From NCBI GenBank assembly GCA_029858505.1, contig JAOUEW010000004.1:2520-66519 (forward strand): a stretch of 64,000 nucleotides of DNA, written 5' to 3'. Shown here in pieces: positions 59,106-64,000 of the stretch; the stretch's first letter is position 1; every line of letters begins with the position of its first letter. The notes below the pieces were generated by a model. The model was not told the origin of the DNA and did not search any database. It was given only the letters and a program-made list of their open reading frames with translations. Source of the DNA: Deltaproteobacteria bacterium. GTDB lineage: Bacteria; SAR324; JACQKK01. The translations under genes were made by a program, and so were the position numbers.

Positions 59106-60098
59106 ATGACTGCTGAAACCAAGTCGTATCCTCCGGCCGCCCCCCGTTGGGCCGAGTTTCCCCGGCCCATTGTGTGCCTGGCCCCCATGGATGGCTACAC
59201 CGATTCTCCCTTTCGGCGGGTGGTGCGCCGGGTAAACCCAGGGGTGGTGCTGTTCAGCGAGTTTACCTCGGCGGAGGGATTTTTGCGCTCGGGCAAGGTC
59301 AAGCAGCGGTTGGCCTTTCAAGCCGATGAGCAGCCCTATTTCGTGCAGTTGTTTGGCAGCGACCCGGCGGCCTTTGCCGAAGCGGCCCGGGAACTGGAGC
59401 AGCAGGGGGTCACCGGCATCGACATCAACATGGGCTGCCCGGCGAAAAAAATCGTGGCCTCTCAGCATGGCAGCGGCCTGATGAAAGACGTGGCCGCCGC
59501 CGCCCGCATCGTGGAACGGGTGGCGGGGGCCTGCGCCCTTCAGGTTTCGGTCAAGACCCGCCTGGGCTGGTCCGATGCCTCGGGGCTGGTGCCCTTTGCC
59601 CGGGCCCTGACCTCCGCCGGGGCATCGCTGGTCACCATTCATGGGCGCACTTACAACCAGGCTTTCCATGGCCAAGCCGACTGGGAACCCATTTATCGGC
59701 TGAAAGAAGCCCTGCCCGTGCCGGTGATTGGCAATGGAGACGTGGCTTGCCATGCCGACGGCTTGGCCCGGCTGGGCAATCTGGACGGCTTCATGATCGG
59801 CCGGGCCGCCATTGGCAACCCCTGGGTGTTCGACCCCGCCTGGCGGGAAGAGAACCCCCCCAGTTGGGCCGCCAAAGCCCGGCTGATGGAGGCGCACTTT
59901 CAATGGATGCTGGAAGACCGGCCCCTGCGCCGGGCCGTGCCAGAATTCAGAAAGCATTTGGCGGGGTACCTGAAGGGCTTTCCCATGGCCCGCCGGGTGA
60001 AAACCGAGTTGCTGACCCTGACGGACCCCGACGATATTTTCCGCCGAATGGAGGGCTTGGCCCAATTGGACGGCCCGGCGGAACGGCTGGCGGGGTAA
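59106..60098 (+). CDS. dusB: tRNA-dihydrouridine synthase
   Basis: Start MTAETKSYPP (ATG 59106); 'PMDGYTDSPFRR', 'NMGCPAKKI' Dus FMN-binding motifs. Confidence 0.85.
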   Translation: MTAETKSYPPAAPRWAEFPRPIVCLAPMDGYTDSPFRRVVRRVNPGVVLFSEFTSAEGFLRSGKVKQRLAFQADEQPYFVQLFGSDPAAFAEAARELEQQGVTGIDINMGCPAKKIVASQHGSGLMKDVAAAARIVERVAGACALQVSVKTRLGWSDASGLVPFARALTSAGASLVTIHGRTYNQAFHGQADWEPIYRLKEALPVPVIGNGDVACHADGLARLGNLDGFMIGRAAIGNPWVFDPAWREENPPSWAAKARLMEAHFQWMLEDRPLRRAVPEFRKHLAGYLKGFPMARRVKTELLTLTDPDDIFRRMEGLAQLDGPAERLAG

Positions 60099-60100
60099 CC

Positions 60101-60823
60101 ATGGGCAAGCACCGCCGCCTGGCCCAGCTGGAGGACACCGCCCTGGCCATGGCCCAGGCCCTGGAACCCCTGGTGCTGCCCCGCCGCCTGGAAAAAATGC
60201 GGGCCGTGCTGGCCACCCGCAGCGACCACGTGGTGTTTGCCTTCGAAGCCATGGTGGACCCCCACAATCTTAGCGCCGCCCTGCGCAGCCTCGACGCCTT
60301 CTCTTTCCAAGACGTGTACCTGGTGCGCTATCAGGGCAAGACCGGCTTATCCAAGGGGGTAACCCGGGGGGCCGACAAATGGCTGTCGGTGCACGCCATG
60401 GAATCCACGGCGGAACTGGCCGTCCGGCTGAAGGAGCGGGGATACCGCCTGGCCGCCAGCCACCTGCGCCACGACGCGGTGGATTTGGAGCAGATGGATT
60501 TTTCTCAACCCACGGCGCTGCTGTTTGGCAACGAACACGCCGGGGTGGGGCCCGAAGCCCTGGCCCTGGCAGACCTGGTGTTCCGCATTCCCATGCGGGG
60601 GTTTGTGGAAAGCTTCAACCTGTCGGTGTCGGCGGCCCTGGCGGCCCAAACCGCCCGCCGAGAAATAGACCGGCTGGGGGCGGAAGACCAGGCCCCCTGG
60701 CGGCTGGACCCCCTGCGGCGAAACATGCTGTATGCCGCCTGGCTGCGGCGCCACGTGCGGCGGGGAGAGGAAATTCTAGCGAAGAAGGGCATAGACCACC
60801 GGCTGATTCCGCTGGACCCGTGA
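60101..60823 (+). CDS. SpoU/TrmH-family tRNA/rRNA 2'-O-methyltransferase
   Basis: 240 aa; ATG 60101 three nt after the dus stop; SPOUT motifs 'LLFGNEHAGV', 'IPMRGFVESFNLSVSAAL'. Confidence 0.8.
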   Translation: MGKHRRLAQLEDTALAMAQALEPLVLPRRLEKMRAVLATRSDHVVFAFEAMVDPHNLSAALRSLDAFSFQDVYLVRYQGKTGLSKGVTRGADKWLSVHAMESTAELAVRLKERGYRLAASHLRHDAVDLEQMDFSQPTALLFGNEHAGVGPEALALADLVFRIPMRGFVESFNLSVSAALAAQTARREIDRLGAEDQAPWRLDPLRRNMLYAAWLRRHVRRGEEILAKKGIDHRLIPLDP

Positions 60824-60877
60824 ACGGGCGGGGTGAAAATAATCTGAATTCGCCGAACACGAACGAGGAGAGAACGA

Positions 60878-61540
60878 ATGGAAGTGACGGACTTGCTTTT
60901 TCGATTGATTCTGCTGTTTCTGCCCGGCATCGTGGCGTTTATCCTGGTGGATAAACTGACTGTTCACAAAAAATTCGAATTGGATGAAAAAGTTTTATAT
61001 TCGCTCATCCTTGGTTTGTTCTCTTATCTGTTATACACGCTCGGCCTTATCGCGTTTCAATCTCTTGGCTGGGCAGACATTTCTCGCAACCCCTCGTTTT
61101 TCTCCGCGGTATCCAACACCAGTACGCCCATTGATTTTTGGGAAATCGCGGTTTGTATTCCGGTTTCTGTGGTCACCGGATTTTCGGTCTCCTATGCTAT
61201 CAGCCATCGTTGGGTTTTTCGGCTGGGGAAGTTTTTACGGGTTACCCAAAAACATGGGAGCCCCGGCGCGTTGGAATATCTCATCAACAGCAATGCCCAA
61301 TGGGTGGTGATTCGAGATGCGGAAAGAGATCTGATGTATTATGGCAAAATACTGCTGTGGTCTAACCCGGATGAGCGGGATGAAATTTGTTTAACGGAGG
61401 TAAAGGTTTATCGAAATTCCACTGGAAATTTTTTGTACGACACACCGACTTTGCTAGTCATGGCAGATTGGAGTAAACTAAGTTTTGAGTTCCCTGCAAT
61501 TACGAAGAACCTAAACGCAAAAAGGAACGGGAAAAAATGA
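60878..61540 (+). CDS. Low-GC islet gene 1: 3-TM membrane protein with soluble C-terminal domain, unknown family
   Basis: 220 aa; RBS gaggag; body GC ~45% vs 66% flanks; TM helices LLFRLILLFLPGIVAFILV, VLYSLILGLFSYLLYTLGLIAF, FWEIAVCIPVSVVTGFSVSYAI; C-terminal ~110-aa soluble domain; stop overlaps the next start (ATGA). Confidence 0.65.
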   Translation: MEVTDLLFRLILLFLPGIVAFILVDKLTVHKKFELDEKVLYSLILGLFSYLLYTLGLIAFQSLGWADISRNPSFFSAVSNTSTPIDFWEIAVCIPVSVVTGFSVSYAISHRWVFRLGKFLRVTQKHGSPGALEYLINSNAQWVVIRDAERDLMYYGKILLWSNPDERDEICLTEVKVYRNSTGNFLYDTPTLLVMADWSKLSFEFPAITKNLNAKRNGKK

Positions 61541-61749
61541 GAAAGACCAGCGAATCCCCAGTTGTCACCCAAGTAAGGAAGGGCACTAAAGCAACCTTTG
61601 GTAATGCCGCTGATGTTGGCTTCGTTGTTCTTCAAGAAGGAAATATCATCAAAGGAGGAGTGAATCCTCCCTCGAATACACCCCGCCCCAATTGGACGCC
61701 TTCAGGGCAGGGAATCCCTCAAACGGCCAACCCGCCCAAAGGAAAGTAA
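61537..61749 (+). CDS. Low-GC islet gene 2: 70-aa hypothetical protein
   Basis: MRKTSESPVVTQVRKGTKATFGNAADVGFVVLQEGNIIKGGVNPPSNTPRPNWTPSGQGIPQTANPPKGK; translationally coupled to gene 1; Pro/Gly-rich basic tail. Confidence 0.5.
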   Translation: MRKTSESPVVTQVRKGTKATFGNAADVGFVVLQEGNIIKGGVNPPSNTPRPNWTPSGQGIPQTANPPKGK

Positions 61750-61823
61750 ACACATTCGTTTTTCTCTCTCTTTCACGGCAGAAAGGTGTCCTTCCGCCGC
61801 GCATTCACTCGAATATCCAATCC

Positions 61824-63206
61824 ATGAAAATCATCGTTCAGAAATTTGGCGGGACCAGCGTGGGCAGCGGCGAGCGCCTGCGTAACGTGGCAGGCATCAT
61901 TCAAGCCACCCTGAAAACCCACCCGGTCATTGCCGTGGTAAGCGCCATGAGCGGCACCGTGAAGGCCGAGGGCACCACCAGCCAGATCATCCTGGCCAGC
62001 GAGCAGGCCCTGGCGGGCGCCAGCTACCAAGAGCCGTTGGAGAACATCCGCCGCACCCACGTGAAGGCCATTGGCGAAGCGGTGCAGGGGAAGGCCGCCA
62101 GCCAAGAACTGGCCGAGGCGGTGGAACAAGAACTGACCCGGCTGGAACTGGTGCTGGGGGCGGTGAAGACCCTGGGAGAAATTTCTCCCCGCTCGTTAGA
62201 TATGCTGCTTTCTGGCGGAGAGCGCCTGAGCGCCCGCCTGCTGGCCGGCACCCTGGCCGACATGGGCACCGAAGCGGTGTACATGGATTTATCCGAAGTG
62301 GTGGCGCCGGAGGAAAAAGAGGTGAACCCCGGCTTCTTTTTGCGAATGCAGCACCTGATGGCCGAGTACTGCCGCCCCATGGGGGGCAAGGTTCCGGTGG
62401 TCACCGGGTTTTTTGGGCTGGTGCCGGGGGGCATTCTCAAAGCCGTGGGGCGGGGCTATACCGACTTCACCACGGCGCTCATTTCCGCCGGGCTGGGTCG
62501 CCAAGCCGTGGAAGAAATGCAGGTGTGGAAGGAGGTGGACGGCATTTTTACCGCCGACCCCCGCAAGGTGCCCACGGCCAGGGTGCTGGCCGCCATTTCT
62601 CCCAACGAGGCCGCCGAGCTCACCTACTTCGGCAGCGAGGTGCTGCACCCCTTTACCATGGAGCGGGTGGTGTCGGCGGAAATTCCCATCCGCATCAAAA
62701 ACACGTTCTCGCCCCAAGGGCCTGGCACCATTATTTTGCCCAAGCATGAAGACAAAACCCAACGGGTCACGGCGGTTACCGCCAAGCGCAGCATTACCAT
62801 CGTCACCATTCACTCCAACCGCATGTTCAACGCCTACGGCTTTCTGGCCCGGGTGTTCAACACCCTGGACCGCCACGGGGTTATCGTGGACCTGGTGAGC
62901 ACCAGCGAGGTCAGCGTGTCGTTCTCGGTGGAGCGGGCCGACTCGGTGGAGGCCACCGCCAAGGACCTGAAAGAGTTTGGCGACGTGAAGGTGGAACGGG
63001 GCCGGGCCATTCTCTCCATGGTGGGGGAAGGCATGAAGTTCTCGGTGGGCACCGCCGGGCAAATGTTCTCCACCCTGGCCGCCGCTGGCATCAACATCGA
63101 GATGATTTCCCAGGGCGCTTCCGAGATCAACATCTCTTGCGTCATCAAAGAAGATGACGTGCCCAAGGGGCTCACCGCCCTGCACAAGGCGTTTTTAGAG
63201 GGGTGA
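61824..63206 (+). CDS. lysC: Aspartate kinase
   Basis: Start MKIIVQKFGGTSVGS (ATG 61824); amino-acid kinase fold with two C-terminal ACT domains; only 74 nt separate it from the islet. Confidence 0.92.
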   Translation: MKIIVQKFGGTSVGSGERLRNVAGIIQATLKTHPVIAVVSAMSGTVKAEGTTSQIILASEQALAGASYQEPLENIRRTHVKAIGEAVQGKAASQELAEAVEQELTRLELVLGAVKTLGEISPRSLDMLLSGGERLSARLLAGTLADMGTEAVYMDLSEVVAPEEKEVNPGFFLRMQHLMAEYCRPMGGKVPVVTGFFGLVPGGILKAVGRGYTDFTTALISAGLGRQAVEEMQVWKEVDGIFTADPRKVPTARVLAAISPNEAAELTYFGSEVLHPFTMERVVSAEIPIRIKNTFSPQGPGTIILPKHEDKTQRVTAVTAKRSITIVTIHSNRMFNAYGFLARVFNTLDRHGVIVDLVSTSEVSVSFSVERADSVEATAKDLKEFGDVKVERGRAILSMVGEGMKFSVGTAGQMFSTLAAAGINIEMISQGASEINISCVIKEDDVPKGLTALHKAFLEG

Positions 63207-63300
63207 AGTGGAGGGGGGGGAATGGCTCGCACCCGACAAGTTAGGCTCTTGTTGCCGTTCAGTTGATATATTCCGAACGGGAGAATAGAACGAACCGGTG
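63207..63300. repeat. Short degenerate copy of intergenic repeat family
   Basis: 'ggctcgcacccgacaag', 'gccgttcagttgatatattccgaacgg' (ccgttcag/ccgaacgg palindrome). Confidence 0.5.
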
Positions 63301-63357
63301 GCGTCGAGTCATGGGGAATGGATTTCAGAGTATGGGATTTTCCGTTAACCTGAGGTC

Positions 63358-64000
63358 ATGAGCCCCGTTAAACAATCCAAGCCGAAATCCGGCCCCTCGC
63401 CATCTTCTGGCAAAACCCGTTCCCCATCGGTGTTGCCCCCGGCATTGCCCGCCCCCAGGGCGGCCCGGCTGATGGACAAGCTGGCCCAGGCCTACCCCGG
63501 CGCCCAAACGGAGCTGCACTATTCCACTCCCTTCGAGCTGCTGGCGGCGGTGATGCTTTCGGCCCAGGCCACCGACAAAAGCGTGAACCTAGCCACCGCC
63601 AAGCTGTTTCCCATCACCCCCCAGGGCATCGTGACCCTGGGAGAAGCCCGCCTGTTGGAGAAGATCAAGACCATCGGCCTGGCCCCCACCAAGGCCAAGA
63701 ACCTGACCGCCGCCTGCCGCCTGTTGTTGGAGCGCCACGGGGGGGAGGTGCCTTCCACCCGGGAGGAACTGGAGGCCCTGCCGGGGGTGGGGCGCAAGAC
63801 CGCCAACGTGGTGCTGAACACGGCCTTTGGCCAGCCCACCCTGGCGGTGGATACCCACGTGTTTCGGCTGGCCAACCGCACCTCTCTGGCGCCGGGAAAG
63901 AACACCCGCCAAGTGGAAGACGGGCTGATGGCCGCCGTGCCCCCCCGGCATTTGGCCAGGGCCCACCACTATCTTATTTTGCATGGGCGCTACGTGTGCA
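63358..64000 (+). CDS. nth: Endonuclease III (partial, runs off the 3' edge of the window)
   Basis: Absent from the ORF track (no stop in window). ATG 63358; translation contains HhH-GPD 'LPGVGRKTANVV' and ends '...HHYLILHGRYVC' at the start of the [4Fe-4S] Cys cluster. Confidence 0.85.
   Translation, partial: MSPVKQSKPKSGPSPSSGKTRSPSVLPPALPAPRAARLMDKLAQAYPGAQTELHYSTPFELLAAVMLSAQATDKSVNLATAKLFPITPQGIVTLGEARLLEKIKTIGLAPTKAKNLTAACRLLLERHGGEVPSTREELEALPGVGRKTANVVLNTAFGQPTLAVDTHVFRLANRTSLAPGKNTRQVEDGLMAAVPPRHLARAHHYLILHGRYVC

Noticed and set aside
58977-60065. N-terminal 363 codons of the 803-aa minus ORF 57654..60065
   Set aside because: Overlaps the + strand dus gene in antisense; the SEDS homology begins at MFDRR (58976).

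Overview
High-GC (~65%) bacterial chromosomal window, densely coding on both strands, mostly housekeeping genes scattered without classical operon context. Recognised genes: sthA, tilS, lysS, pyrB, rpmB, rpoD, moaD/moaE, a lone murD, trxA, truA, nadK, a domain-only AICAR transformylase, ubiE/menG, an orphan oppD/oppF ATPase pair, thrS, a translationally coupled gldA/gldF/gldG-like ABC-2 cluster, glyA, gyrA, parB, clpB, a SEDS RodA/FtsW, dus, a trmH-like methyltransferase, lysC and a partial nth at the 3' edge. Between them sit hypothetical membrane, secreted and lipoprotein genes. No rRNA, tRNA, CRISPR array, transposase or integrase was recognised. Two things stand out. First, a dispersed, modular, hairpin-rich intergenic repeat family at eight or more loci in both orientations; its units resemble miniature inverted-repeat elements bounded by 'ggctcgaatcc'/'ggattcgagcc' and are separated by 'ccctccc...gggaggg' GC hairpins. 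Second, a ~0.9 kb low-GC (~45%) two-gene islet (3-TM protein plus a 70-aa protein, overlapping ATGA) sits between the trmH-like gene and lysC, flanked by degenerate pieces of the same repeat family and leaving lysC without a leader. This is the best candidate here for a horizontally acquired, undescribed module (toxin/immunity or abortive-infection-like). Other oddities: purine-only G-tract stretches on both sides of moaE, a cNMP-binding/pentapeptide-repeat fusion, a secreted SNase-like nuclease with a C-terminal OB-fold overlapping the SEDS gene, a kinase-fold protein whose HGD motif reads HGA, a Q-rich secreted protein with FYxQ repeats, and a lower-GC 464-aa membrane-associated hypothetical. 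Long antisense ORFs opposite real genes are treated as high-GC frame artefacts.
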